From the NCBI GenBank assembly GCA_965218795.1, contig OZ244653.1, forward strand, positions 4,448,001 through 4,512,000: 64,000 nucleotides of DNA. Reading direction: 5' to 3'. A program made the translations under genes and the position numbers. The notes below the pieces were generated by a model. It did not search any database and was not told the origin of the DNA. It saw only the letters and a program-made list of their open reading frames with translations. This document shows, piece by piece, positions 10,809 through 21,189 of this stretch (position 1 is its first letter; every line of letters begins with the position of its first letter). Origin of the DNA: a bacterium. GTDB lineage: Bacteria; UBA8248; JACPRG01; G963555815.

Positions 10809-10916
10809 CTGGATTCCTGCATGCGCAGGAATGACAAACGGCTCAGACAGCGCGGAATGCCCGCACCCCCGTCGAACTCCCCCTTGATCGTCATTCCCGC
10901 GGAAGCGGGAATCCAG
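10809..10916. repeat. Inverted pair of REP-like palindromes
   Basis: CTGGATTCCTGCATGCGCAGGAATGACA (10809-10836) and GTCATTCCCGCGGAAGCGGGAATCCAG (10890-10916), downstream of the nitrilase-fold gene. Confidence 0.8.
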
Positions 10917-10986
10917 GGGGATGGACGATTCATCCTTTTGCGCCTCGTTTCCCGTTCGGACACCAGGGGCCATTCCGAAGACTGGC

Positions 10987-11889
10987 CTATCCACTCTTCC
11001 TCGCCCTTTCCTGTAAGAAGTAATAATAGTCCCTCGCCACGGGGTTGGGTTCGATGATCTCTTTGTAGAGCTCGGGGCGGCGATCTTTGAACATTCCGGG
11101 AACGGAGCGGTACGTCTTGGGAAGTTCGAGGGTCTCCTCTGTTTCCCGCAACCACTTCAGCCGATCCAGGTCCAGGGTGGCGTAGATGATGCCTGGCTGA
11201 TCGGATTCGGCCAGGACCTCCTCCGGCGCCGCGATGACGGCCAGGCCCTGCTCCATGCCGAATAGGTTCTGGGTGACCATGACATAGCACATGTTCTCGC
11301 TGGCCCGCGCCCAGACAATGTTCCGCCATGCCTCCCGGATCTCGTACAGCACGCCTCCGATTGGGGCCACGATGATGTCCGCACCTTTCAGAGCGAGGAC
11401 GCGGCTCATTTCCGGCCACCAGAGCTCGCCGCAGATGATTGTGCCGATCTTGCCGATGGGCGTCTCGAAAACGGTCAGTTCGTCGCCGGGAGCGACAAAC
11501 TTCCCCGGCAATAACCCATCGGTCACCTCCGGCGTATTCGGCTGGGTGCGGTAGTACGTTCCGATCAGGCCGCCGTCCGGTCCGATCAGCTTCAGGGCCA
11601 GTCGAAACACGCCTTCCCCCACGTCGGGAGCCGGCTCGACCCAACTGCCGATCACGTAGATTTTAAAACGCTTCGCCTGCTCGGACAGCTGTTCGAACGG
11701 AGAATAATCGGCGGGCCCGTGATAGGGGCCCGGATACCCCTCGGGAAAGAGCACCAATTGGGCCCCGCCCCCCGCCGCCTCTTCGATCGCAGCCAGCGCA
11801 TGAGAGACGTTCTCGACTTCCTGTTCCCCCCGGATCGTGTTCGGCTGTACGGCGGCTACGGTCACTTCCATGGTCTCCACCTCCTCCAT
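10987..11889 (-). CDS. Carbon-nitrogen hydrolase (nitrilase superfamily)
   Basis: VAAVQ, LFPEG, IICGEL and RASEN motifs. Confidence 0.9.
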   Translation of the reverse strand: MEEVETMEVTVAAVQPNTIRGEQEVENVSHALAAIEEAAGGGAQLVLFPEGYPGPYHGPADYSPFEQLSEQAKRFKIYVIGSWVEPAPDVGEGVFRLALKLIGPDGGLIGTYYRTQPNTPEVTDGLLPGKFVAPGDELTVFETPIGKIGTIICGELWWPEMSRVLALKGADIIVAPIGGVLYEIREAWRNIVWARASENMCYVMVTQNLFGMEQGLAVIAAPEEVLAESDQPGIIYATLDLDRLKWLRETEETLELPKTYRSVPGMFKDRRPELYKEIIEPNPVARDYYYFLQERARKSG

Positions 11890-11893
11890 GCAT

Positions 11894-12025
11894 TCAAGCG
11901 GTCATTTCACCATCTACCGACGGAAACCGGATGGTCTGGATCGCATCATTCTCCAGCAGCCTGCGGGCGATGATGAGACGCTGGATCTCGTTGGCGCCTT
12001 CTCCCACGGTCAAGAGCTTGCCATT
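11894..12025 (-). pseudogene. C-terminal remnant of an acyl-CoA dehydrogenase
   Basis: Manual translation NGKLLTVGEGANEIQRLIIARRLL matches the ACAD C-terminal signature (GEG.NEIQR..IAR); rest of the gene missing. Confidence 0.75.
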
Positions 12026-12110
12026 GAACCTGCCGCTGTACTTCGTTCAGTTGGAAGTCCATGCCGTCTGAGCCCGACCGCCAATGGAGTTTCTGAGAAC
12101 GTCCGACATT

Positions 12111-13541
12111 TTATCGGAAGGCTGAAACCGGGGGATGACGGTCCGCCCAGGGTTTGGCGCGCTCCAGTTGACCCGCGAGGCGGAAGAGCGCGGCTTCCCC
12201 ACCGAATCGGCCGATGAATTGGGTTCCAATGGGGAGGCCGTCATCATCCCAGTCAAGAGGAACCGACATGGCCGGCTGGCCGGTGCTGTTGGCAATCGCC
12301 GTGAATGGCGCGAACCTTCCGTCGGCCTCCACCCAGTCCAAGGGGTTTTCGGCGGGAGGCTCCAAAGCCCCGAGGAGTAGCGGAGGCTGAGCGAGAGTGG
12401 GCGTCAGCCAGGCGTCAAAGGTCTCGAAGAATTCGGCGATTTCCCGCCCCGCCCGATGGAGGGCCTGGACGCCGCGAAGGTGCTCGGCGGCGCTCCGCTT
12501 CCTGCCGAGGTCGCATAGGGCCCGGGTCAGCGGTTCCAGTTCTCCCTCGCCGGGCGTCCGGCCCAGGCGTCGCGACCAATCGTCCAACATCCAGGCGTTC
12601 CCCTCGGCCCACAGCATGAACCACGCCTCTTCGGCCGTCCCGGCGTCATACCGCGGCGTCGCCTCGACGACTTCGTGGCCCAGCCCGGCGCAGATTTCCG
12701 CGGTTTCCACCACTGCCCGGACGCAATCCGGATGAACGTCCGCGCCGCTCGGCGCCAGTGTCGTAAATCCGATGCGGAGAGTTCCGGGGGCCGCGCCCAC
12801 TTCTTCCAGGAAAGGCCGCGCCGGGGGAGGCGCCCAGTAGGGGTCTCCCGCAGAAGGGCCGGACGTCGCATCGAGCAGTGCGGCGCTGTCCCGGACGGTG
12901 CGGGTCAGGGCGTGCTCCGCCACAAGGCCGCTGTAGACATCGCCGAAACGCGGACCCAGCGGGTTCCGCCCGCGGGTGGGTTTGAGGCCGAACAGACCGC
13001 AGCACGAGGCCGGGATGCGGAGCGATCCCCCTCCGTCGTTCCCGTGCGCCATGGGGACGACCCCGGCCGCCACGGCCGATGCGGACCCTCCGCTCGATCC
13101 TCCCGGGATGCGGCCAACGTTCCACGGGTTCCGTGTGGGGCCGAACCGATGGGGCTCGGTCGTCGAGGCGTTTCCATACTCGGCCGTGTTCGTGATCCCC
13201 ACCACGATCAGGCCCGCCCGCTTGATCCGCGCCACGAGCTCGCTATCTTCCCGCGCCACGTAATCCGCCAGAAAGGCCGACCCTTCCGTATGGCGAATTC
13301 CGGCGCAAGTCGCAATGAGGTCCTTGAGGAGGAAAGGGGCGCCGGACAGCGGGCCTTCGGGAAGATCTCCCGCTGCCGCCTCCAGGGCCGTGTCGAACGC
13401 TGGGGTGATGACGGCGTTCAGCTTGGGGTTCAATTGCTCGATGCGCAGGATCGCCGCTTCCACCACCTCGCGGCCGGTGACCTCCCCTTTGCGGACGAGC
13501 TCGGCCAGGCCCAAGGCGTCGATGGCGGTCAATTCGTTCAT
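12111..13541 (-). CDS. Amidase (amidase signature family)
   Basis: [18 protein letters not shown] and [15 protein letters not shown] motifs. Confidence 0.95.
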   Translation of the reverse strand: MNELTAIDALGLAELVRKGEVTGREVVEAAILRIEQLNPKLNAVITPAFDTALEAAAGDLPEGPLSGAPFLLKDLIATCAGIRHTEGSAFLADYVAREDSELVARIKRAGLIVVGITNTAEYGNASTTEPHRFGPTRNPWNVGRIPGGSSGGSASAVAAGVVPMAHGNDGGGSLRIPASCCGLFGLKPTRGRNPLGPRFGDVYSGLVAEHALTRTVRDSAALLDATSGPSAGDPYWAPPPARPFLEEVGAAPGTLRIGFTTLAPSGADVHPDCVRAVVETAEICAGLGHEVVEATPRYDAGTAEEAWFMLWAEGNAWMLDDWSRRLGRTPGEGELEPLTRALCDLGRKRSAAEHLRGVQALHRAGREIAEFFETFDAWLTPTLAQPPLLLGALEPPAENPLDWVEADGRFAPFTAIANSTGQPAMSVPLDWDDDGLPIGTQFIGRFGGEAALFRLAGQLERAKPWADRHPPVSAFR

Positions 13542-13622
13542 CTTGACGACTGAAAGGGTAGGGGGGCCGTTTGCAGTTCGAGTCCGGTGCAGACCATTGG
13601 TTCCGGGCTCAACGGGGCCGGA

Positions 13623-14381
13623 TTACCGCGCCAGCCAGCCGCCGTCCACGGGAAGACTGACGCCGTGGATGAACTCGGCCGCATCGGAAGCCAGAAATAC
13701 GACGGCGGGCGCCACATCGGCGGGCTGGCCGATCCGCCCGAAGGGGGTGGACTCCACGGCAAACTTCACAAACTCCGGGTCCTTGTGCAGATCCTTGCTC
13801 ATGGCGGTGGCGATCTCCCCCGGCGCGATGGCGTTGAAGCGGATCCCCTCCCCGGCCAGCTCGGCCGTCATCGCCTTGACCATCAGCTCGACGGCGCCCT
13901 TGGTCGCGCAGTAGGCCACGGACTCGGGAAAGGAGCGGTGGCCGGCAATGGACGAGTTGAAAATGACGACGCCCCCGTTGCGCAATTGTGGAAGGGCCAT
14001 CTGGACCATCTCAAAGGGCGTCCGGACATGCGTCAGCCACTGCCGATCGAAACTTTCCAGAGGAAAGGTCTCGAAGGGACCGTATTCGTGGATACCGGCA
14101 TTGCTGACGATCACGTTGAACGAGCCGTATACCTCGAGGGCCCCGGAGATGATGGATCGGGCCGCGCCCTCGTCCGTCAAATCGGCCGGAAAGGCGTGAC
14201 AATCCCCTCCCTGCTCCCGGATTTCGGCCGCCACGCCTTCCAATCGCTCCTGATTTCGACCGACCCCGAAGATGCGCGCTCCCGCCGCCGCCATCTGACG
14301 GGCGATCTCCGCCCCCATGCCCGAACCGGCTCCGGTCACGATGGCGGTTTTCGTCGATAGATCGAATGGTGATTTTGCCAA
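13623..14381 (-). CDS. Short-chain dehydrogenase/reductase
   Basis: TGAGSGMG, SNAG, YCATK and VDGGW motifs. Confidence 0.95.
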   Translation of the reverse strand: MAKSPFDLSTKTAIVTGAGSGMGAEIARQMAAAGARIFGVGRNQERLEGVAAEIREQGGDCHAFPADLTDEGAARSIISGALEVYGSFNVIVSNAGIHEYGPFETFPLESFDRQWLTHVRTPFEMVQMALPQLRNGGVVIFNSSIAGHRSFPESVAYCATKGAVELMVKAMTAELAGEGIRFNAIAPGEIATAMSKDLHKDPEFVKFAVESTPFGRIGQPADVAPAVVFLASDAAEFIHGVSLPVDGGWLAR

Positions 14382-14415
14382 TGGCCCTTTCCCCCCGGAT
14401 GATCGCTCCGTTCGA

Positions 14416-15651
14416 TTAATCCCACCACTTCTCGGGACAACCGGCCGTCAATACTTCGCAACCGTCGGATGTGACCAGCACGTCCTGCTCGAACCCCGCC
14501 GCGCCCACTTCCGGGCGACCCACCATCGCTTCCACTGCGATGGTCATGTTTTTTTCCAGGACCATCGATTCCTCTTTCGTGATCCAGGGCGGCTCCAGAC
14601 CTAAGCCGATGCCGTGGCCAAAGGCCGGGAACAAATCGCCGAACTCCGTGCCCGCGTCCTCCGCCCCCTCGGCGTGGGGGGCAAACCCGTTGTCGACCAT
14701 CCAGGAGGCCCCTGTCTCGTACAGTTCCCGCACCTGAACACCCGGCTTGATGATTTCGATGATGCTCTCGACCACCCCCATGGGCGCTTCCAGCACTTCC
14801 CGCTGCGCATCGGTGGGTTTTCCACCCACCACGGTGGAGCGGACGAGATCCGTATAGTAGTACTCGACCGGACCCCAAGCGTCCACGTGAAAGAGATCGC
14901 CCGCCTCGAGCTTGCGTCTGGAGTCCCAGGACGGGATGCCGAATCGCTCAAACCGGTGCGAGTTGGGTCCCGAGGCGACGGCCGCATCGTATGCATAACC
15001 CCCGTGGGCCGCCAGGTAACGCAGTCCTTCACCGACCACTTCGCCCTCGGTTTTGCCCGCCTCGACCGCCTCCATCATGGTCTTCATCCATTCGACGCCC
15101 ACTTCGGCCGCGTGCCTCATGATCCGGACTTCGCTTTCGCTCTTGACCTTGCGGAGGGTTTCCAGGATGTCGTCCGCCGGCTGGATTTGAAGCGGATGTC
15201 CCAGACGCTCTTCCATGAGGCGGTAGCTGTGATGAAGCAGACACTCCCTGCCGACAAGGCCGAGATCGGCCTGGTCCAATCCTTTTTCCCGGAGGGCGTC
15301 CCCCGCAGTTTGGGGAACCGTCAGGGTCGGCCGCACGTCCTCAAGATGGATCTGCTCCCTGGGATAATCGGGAAGGTCGACCACGAGCGTGGGGTCATCG
15401 TCCACCGGGAGAATCAGGGCGCTGTACGAGCGGCCCGACCACAAGGAGGTTTCCGAGTTGTGGGGGAACGGAGAGTGATGGTTGGTGAGGTACAGAACGT
15501 CGCCGTAGTAATCGACGGTGGTCCCGCCCCGCGACCAGACGAGAAGTCCGGCGAGACCGCGCTCCCGGGCGGCATCGACGGCCCGTTGTCTTCGTTCGAC
15601 AAACTCCCCGGATGGAATTTCAAGAGTGTCCATGTTCCGGCCCCCCGTCAT
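14416..15651 (-). CDS. M24 family (Xaa-Pro peptidase/creatinase-like) hydrolase
   Basis: RKVKSESE, YYTDLVRS, GHGIGL, AVE and FEQDVLVT motifs. Confidence 0.9.
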   Translation of the reverse strand: MTGGRNMDTLEIPSGEFVERRQRAVDAARERGLAGLLVWSRGGTTVDYYGDVLYLTNHHSPFPHNSETSLWSGRSYSALILPVDDDPTLVVDLPDYPREQIHLEDVRPTLTVPQTAGDALREKGLDQADLGLVGRECLLHHSYRLMEERLGHPLQIQPADDILETLRKVKSESEVRIMRHAAEVGVEWMKTMMEAVEAGKTEGEVVGEGLRYLAAHGGYAYDAAVASGPNSHRFERFGIPSWDSRRKLEAGDLFHVDAWGPVEYYYTDLVRSTVVGGKPTDAQREVLEAPMGVVESIIEIIKPGVQVRELYETGASWMVDNGFAPHAEGAEDAGTEFGDLFPAFGHGIGLGLEPPWITKEESMVLEKNMTIAVEAMVGRPEVGAAGFEQDVLVTSDGCEVLTAGCPEKWWD

Positions 15652-15795
15652 GCTGGTACTCCCCGACCGATGATACGGAAAGGCGATCGGATTTGTTGAC
15701 CCCGGCGAACAAAGCCCGCGTTGCAGCGAATGCTGTGCTCGCGAGATGAATTTTTCCGGGTTTCGCTCAAACCCGGTGGGAAGTCGAGGTCCACC

Positions 15796-16791
15796 CTACA
15801 CCCCCGCATTCGCCAGGATGGCGGACGCGTTGCCTCCCAGAATCTTGTCTCGATCGCTTTCGGGCAGGGACTCGATGGCCGGAAGGCCCAACCTGCCCTC
15901 TGGATCGCCCACCTCGAAGGGGAAGTCCGTTCCGAAAACCACCCGGTCTGCGCCGACCAGGCTGACCAGGAATTGGAACGACGCGCTTCCCGCAAGAAGA
16001 GAATCATAATAGATTTGTCCGAAGTAATCTCCGGGCGGCTTCGTGATGTTCGCGCGGCAGGCCGGGTTATGTTCAAAGGTGGAGGCGTTGTACCCGAGAT
16101 TGATCCGGTCGCGGAGAAAGGGAAGCGTCCCCCCGCCGTGGGCCAAGATCAGCTTCAGGCCCGGCTGCCGCTCGAAGACCCCCCCGTAGATCAGCCGGGC
16201 GGCGGCGACGGTGGTTTCCGTTGGGAAGGCGACGGTCGTGTGGAGGGTGTAATCCCGAAGGCTCGGATGGGAGATGTTGGGGCTCGGGTGCATGAACGTG
16301 AGCAACCCCAAGTCTTCGAGCGTGGCGAACATGGGTTCAAAATCCGGCTCATCCAGAAATCGTCCGGCCGCATGGGTATTGAGCGCCGCCCCCTTGAAAC
16401 CGTGCAACTCGACGGCGCGCCTCAGCTCATCGGGGATATTGGCAGGGTCTGCGAGACACGGAACGGCGAGCCCGTCCAGACGCCCGCCCCCTTCGTTGAC
16501 AAGTTTCGCCGTGTATTCATTGACGCGCCGTGACGTCTCGACGCTCCCCACCCGGCTGTGGTCGAGAAAGATCGAGATGGGCGGGGAGACGAGCTGGAGA
16601 TCGACGCCTCTCCGCTCGAGGCTTTCGAGCCTGCCCTCCAAATCAAAGACAAGCGGGTCCAATGGGCCGTAGTTGGGGTGGGCATAGCCACCCTCGGCCA
16701 AGGGCTCCAGTTGGAGACCGAACCACGGGCTCTTGGACATCTCGTGCGCGAGCTCTTCACTGATTGCGTGGGCGTGAACGTCGATGATCAT
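15796..16791 (-). CDS. Amidohydrolase_2 family protein (ACMSD-like decarboxylase/hydratase)
   Basis: IIDVHAH, FMHP, AHGGGTLPF and FGTDFPF motifs; alternative TTG start at 16845. Confidence 0.9.
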   Translation of the reverse strand: MIIDVHAHAISEELAHEMSKSPWFGLQLEPLAEGGYAHPNYGPLDPLVFDLEGRLESLERRGVDLQLVSPPISIFLDHSRVGSVETSRRVNEYTAKLVNEGGGRLDGLAVPCLADPANIPDELRRAVELHGFKGAALNTHAAGRFLDEPDFEPMFATLEDLGLLTFMHPSPNISHPSLRDYTLHTTVAFPTETTVAAARLIYGGVFERQPGLKLILAHGGGTLPFLRDRINLGYNASTFEHNPACRANITKPPGDYFGQIYYDSLLAGSASFQFLVSLVGADRVVFGTDFPFEVGDPEGRLGLPAIESLPESDRDKILGGNASAILANAGV

Positions 16792-16903
16792 GATGGCCAG
16801 CCCGGTCTTCGGGTTTGGAACAAGGTTCCCGTTGGAATCAGACAATCAAACAATCCGAATTCCTTCCGGAGGGAGTCGGACTCGGGTGATCACCGCTCCC
16901 GAT

Positions 16904-17350
16904 TCAATGCTCGGCTGCTCGATAATCCCAGGTCAAAACGTGGGCAGGGACGACGGAAACCACTCGTTTACGCTCGTTGAGCAAGCGGACATAGGGATGA
17001 TCCTCGGACCCGCAGTGCCGATGCGCAAAGGCGATATTGTAATTGTGAAGGACTTCGGCATCCTCGACAATATCCGCCCGCCCCTGTATCAAGACTCCCC
17101 GGTAGTCGTCAAACCTCTCACCGGAGTCCACGGTGAAGGAAATCCGCGGATTTTTTCTCAGGTTGCCGATTTTTTTCCGGGGGATCCGCGTTGAAAAATG
17201 GATCAACCCGTTGAGGAGAATGTACCACATGGGTACGACGTGCGGAAAACCTTCCTCGTCGATGGTCCCGAGGCGGCCAACGGTGTGCTCGGCGAGATAA
17301 AGATGGATTTCCTCCTCGCTCCAGGTGTTGTAGATTCGCTGATTGCGCAT
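16904..17350 (-). CDS. Pyridoxamine 5'-phosphate oxidase-like flavin/F420-binding split-barrel protein
   Basis: GRLGTID..G.PHVVPMWY, KKIGNLRKNPRISFTVD and GVLIQGRA motifs. Confidence 0.85.
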   Translation of the reverse strand: MRNQRIYNTWSEEEIHLYLAEHTVGRLGTIDEEGFPHVVPMWYILLNGLIHFSTRIPRKKIGNLRKNPRISFTVDSGERFDDYRGVLIQGRADIVEDAEVLHNYNIAFAHRHCGSEDHPYVRLLNERKRVVSVVPAHVLTWDYRAAEH

Positions 17351-17568
17351 TGATCCTTCTCCTTTCCCGAGCCCTATAGGAAAATACCCTGAGTTCCACT
17401 GTCGATCAATCAAACCTGGTTTGCGGGAATGATCGCCCCCCGCGCGGTTGCGGGTGTCCTGATAAGATACGGTGGACCCTTCGGCCCGGACGATCCATGA
17501 TTTGAGCGCGCCTGTTCCCATCCTGGACCGGGGTTTTCCAAGTGCATCCAACTTGAGGAGAGGTCGCT

Positions 17569-18762
17569 ATGGCAATGAAAAAAATCTGCTTTCAGCCGGA
17601 CACGATGAAGTGGTTCAATCCATTACCCGCGTCACCGGCCGTGCGGGTCGACGATCTTCTCTTTACCTCCGGCCAAGCGGCGCTCGACGCCGATTTCCAA
17701 ACGGTATCACTCGGCGACGTGACGGCCCAGGCCCGGCACGCGTTCGAGGGAATCCGGCAATTGATCGAGATGGCGGACGGAACCCTGGATGACGTAGTGG
17801 AGCTCATGGTGTTCGTGAAGGATCCCCGGGACATGGATGTGATCCTCAACGTGGCCAGGGATTATTGGAAAGGGGATTATCCCGCCTGGACGATGGTGGG
17901 GAGTCTCGGGTTCCAAAAGAGCGGGAGTCTGGTGTGTATTCGAGCTATCGCGCATCTGGGCAAAGAGAAGAAAGAGTGTTTCACGCCGGACACGCTGAAA
18001 TGGTGGAGGGATTATCCCGTGTCGGCCGGCTGCAAGAAGGGCGAGCTTCTCTTCATCTCGGGACAGGTGGCGGCGGACGCGGACGGGATGATCGTGACGC
18101 CGGGCGACCATGCGGGACAGGCGCGTTTCGCCTTCAACCGGTTTCGGGAGATCGTCGAGATGGCCGGCGGAGAATTGGGGGACATCATCGATCTCATCTG
18201 TTTTTCCAGGGATCCGCGCGGCATGATTCCGGTGTGTGACACCTGGTGCAACGAATTCGTCAATGATTTGCCGTTTGAAGAGATTGCCGCGCTCACCGCC
18301 ATCGGTACGACAGGCTTGTACCATCGCGACATGATGGGCTCCCACCGGGCCATTGCGGATTTGACTCCGGGCAGACGGGTGGCCAAGACGCCTGCGAGCA
18401 TCTGGTGGAAAATTACGCCGATTTCGGGGGGAAGCAAGAAGGAGGGGGGCCGCTTGATCGGGCTGGCCGGTCAAGTCGCTTCGGACGGAGACGGCTTCAT
18501 CACGACGCCGGGAGACACACACGCGCAAGCCCGGTATGCGTTCAACCGCTTGAAGGAAGTTCTGGGGGAATTCGGAGCGACGATGAACAACATCGTTGAG
18601 GTGATCTCTTTCCATAAAGACCCCCGCGCATGGGAGACCGTCATGGAGGTCGGTCACGAGTTCTTCGACAAGGAGGAAGGTCCGGCGTGGACGCCCGTCG
18701 GTACGACAGGGTTGTTCAAGGAGGGATTTCTTCACGAGATTTACGCCGTGGCGGTGGTTTGA
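17569..18762 (+). CDS. Triple-domain Rid family protein (Arg-lacking, Rid7/YjgH-like)
   Basis: Three ~130-aa Rid repeats, each with (S/A)GQ and QAR.AF; PAWT, AALT and PAWT at the catalytic Arg position. Confidence 0.85.
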   Translation: MAMKKICFQPDTMKWFNPLPASPAVRVDDLLFTSGQAALDADFQTVSLGDVTAQARHAFEGIRQLIEMADGTLDDVVELMVFVKDPRDMDVILNVARDYWKGDYPAWTMVGSLGFQKSGSLVCIRAIAHLGKEKKECFTPDTLKWWRDYPVSAGCKKGELLFISGQVAADADGMIVTPGDHAGQARFAFNRFREIVEMAGGELGDIIDLICFSRDPRGMIPVCDTWCNEFVNDLPFEEIAALTAIGTTGLYHRDMMGSHRAIADLTPGRRVAKTPASIWWKITPISGGSKKEGGRLIGLAGQVASDGDGFITTPGDTHAQARYAFNRLKEVLGEFGATMNNIVEVISFHKDPRAWETVMEVGHEFFDKEEGPAWTPVGTTGLFKEGFLHEIYAVAVV

Positions 18763-19287
18763 TGGGAGGCCTTCTGCCGAATGCATTCGATTCGGTCGCA
18801 TGGAGGGGAGCTCACGCCTCCGGAGCTCAGCCCCGAAATACTGCTTGAACTGGAATGGGTGAATTGAATATACTCTGAGAGATATCCTGGAAATATTTTT
18901 CAAACGAACCCTCTTTTTCAGTTCGCTGGGGTGGCCGTATCCGGGACGACGATCATCCATATCCCGGAGCCGAATCCACCTGCTTCGTCCGGCGCCGGTC
19001 TAAACTTGGGCGTAGGGTTCTCACCGGCAAGGAAGCGTATGGAGAACGGGTTGAACGGCGCTGATGGATGGCCCTCAGTGCTCTGCTGCAGAATATGAAG
19101 TGTTGTTGACAGCGAATATGGCGGGGAGGGGCAAGTGAGTCTCATCCACAAAACAGACTGCAAGTTCAGTCTTGATGGTTGGCATGAAGGCGCCAGTCGT
19201 ATGCTTGGCGGCTGGCGCGATGGAAGCGTGAGGAGAAGCCTGGATAGCCGGTCATCATGAGTTCACCTGACGGAGGAAGGCGGCCCA

Positions 19288-21141
19288 ATGATCGTTAAAA
19301 GGTTCCAGAATGAAGAAGAGAAGAGCGCGCTCATCCTGCACACAGCCCGGCAGTGGGACAAGTCCAAGGGGTTCTACACCACGCCTCACATGCGGGATAA
19401 GTACTTCTACCCCCTGACGGACCCCCAGTGCGTGCCCGCGGCGGACGCCGCTCACATGCACGATTCCGATCACGTAGCGGGTATTCATCATAAGGGAATG
19501 GCCCGCGCCTACGCACTGTACATCATGGATTACTACCACCACCTCAACGACATCATTGCCGGAGACCCGCTCGTCTTCAGCACGTGAGAACGCTGCGGTA
19601 CGGGGAACGCGTTCAGCGGTCTGCTGAACAAGAATCGGATTCACTGGGGACATTGCGGCATCATCCTCGCCCAGGCGGGCGGACGGGATTTGGAGACAGA
19701 CAGCTACTGGTGGCCGTTGGAGGGCCTGTGCTACGACGGTCCGCTCAAGGATACCCTGCTCGATTCCATCCCGGTTGTTCATTGCACCTGGAAGGAATGG
19801 AAAGAGCGCCATCCGAACTCTGACGTCCTGGCGCCCCCGGACGACCCGAAGCATCGGGACCCCCGGGGCGGGCACGGCGCCGAAGAATATTGGGAGCGCC
19901 CCGGGATGGACCAGCTCTTCATCAACTCTCTCTATTCGGGCGACATGGACCGTCAGCTGGGGGAAGAGGTGATGGTCATGGGCGTCAACGTACCCGAGGG
20001 CGTCCGGGCCTACCCGGTGTCGGACGTGAAGCGGGAGGGCGGAGTGCTCAATGACGACCTCCACGGTTTCCCCCTCCTGGTGGTCTGCGGACCTGCCACG
20101 GACAGCATCTATACCGGAACCTTCGACCGGCGGGTGGGCGACCGAACGCTCGAATTCGAACCCGAGGGCGACAACCTGGTGGATAAACAGACCCGGACCG
20201 TATGGAATTCGGAAGGGCTGGCCACCGAAGGCGAATTGAAGGGGACGCAGCTTCAGCCCGTCCACAGCGGCCTGGGCCGGTGGCACACCTGGGTCTACCC
20301 CCACCCGCAGACCGAGCTGTGGAGATCCCGGAGAGAGGAAGCCCCCAATGTCGATCCCGGCACCTTCGGGCAGGCGATCGAAGGTCTCCGCGAGGCCCTC
20401 CACGAGGTGCGTATCGAGCGGGAAATCCTGAATCTTGAACGGCCGCTCGAGACCGACCGGGGACTGGTCCTCAGCATCGACGGGGACCCCTTCCTGTTCC
20501 ACCACTTCCAGAACCAGACGGCCGCGCGGGATTTCGCCCACTTCCACAACGCGCATCAACACAAAACCTGTATTCGGACGGGGCGCTACGTGCTGCAATC
20601 CAACCCGGAGCAGTTTGCGGACATCGCCACCAACGGCGCGCGCCTGCCGGATGATAAAATTCAGTGGTCCAAGATGGTCGAGAACGAGGATTTCGTGCGG
20701 CGGATCGAGCGGTCGACCGCACAGGAAGACCCGGGCGAGGACTATCCCGGTTTTGCGGAAATCGTGGAAGGGCTCAACGCCAAGGGCTACGACTGCTTCC
20801 CCGGGGCGCCCGAGTTGCACGCGGACATCACCCACTGGAGTCCTTGGGGAACGTTCGCCGGACTTCGGCCGGGCGAGCAGAACTGGTTCGTCGTTACGAT
20901 CGATACGAGTGATCCCTTTGAGATTCACCGGTTCGAGACCGCCGAAGCCGCGGAGGATTTCCACCGGTTTGCCAAGCATGCCTTGAGAATCGGCCGGTAC
21001 GTCTTTTACTCGACCCCTTTGAACAGATTTCATCTGCCCCGGTTCAGGATGGTGGATAAGCCCGATGAGAAGGTCGACTGGTCCGAGTTTCTGGAAGACG
21101 ACGAATTCAAGGAAGTTCTCCAAAGCATCATCGAGGGGTGA
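19288..21141 (+). CDS. DUF3179-like putative selenoprotein, 617 aa, UGA at 19585-19587 read as Sec100
   Basis: ORFs 19288-19587 and 19690-21141 share a frame with TGA as the only stop. Context LNDIIAGDPLVFST-U-ERCGTG matches the family CxxC site; D.ETDSYW, TWKEWKERHP and RAYP motifs follow. Confidence 0.85.
19588..19618 (+). promoter_or_regulatory. Candidate bacterial SECIS hairpin
   Basis: Directly 3' of the UGA: GAACGC(19588-93)/GCGTTC(19609-14) or CGCTG/CAGCG stems enclosing a G-rich loop (ACGGGGA). Confidence 0.6.
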
Positions 21142-21189
21142 AGCTGGCGGGGAAGGGGGCGTCGCGGAAATGTTCGCCGTGGGGGGAAA

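Noticed and set aside
19585-19587. TGA as a simple nonsense mutation or a UGA=Trp genetic code
   Set aside because: It falls at the first position of a CxxC-type motif with a downstream hairpin, and many other genes here end in TGA; nonsense is less likely but not excluded
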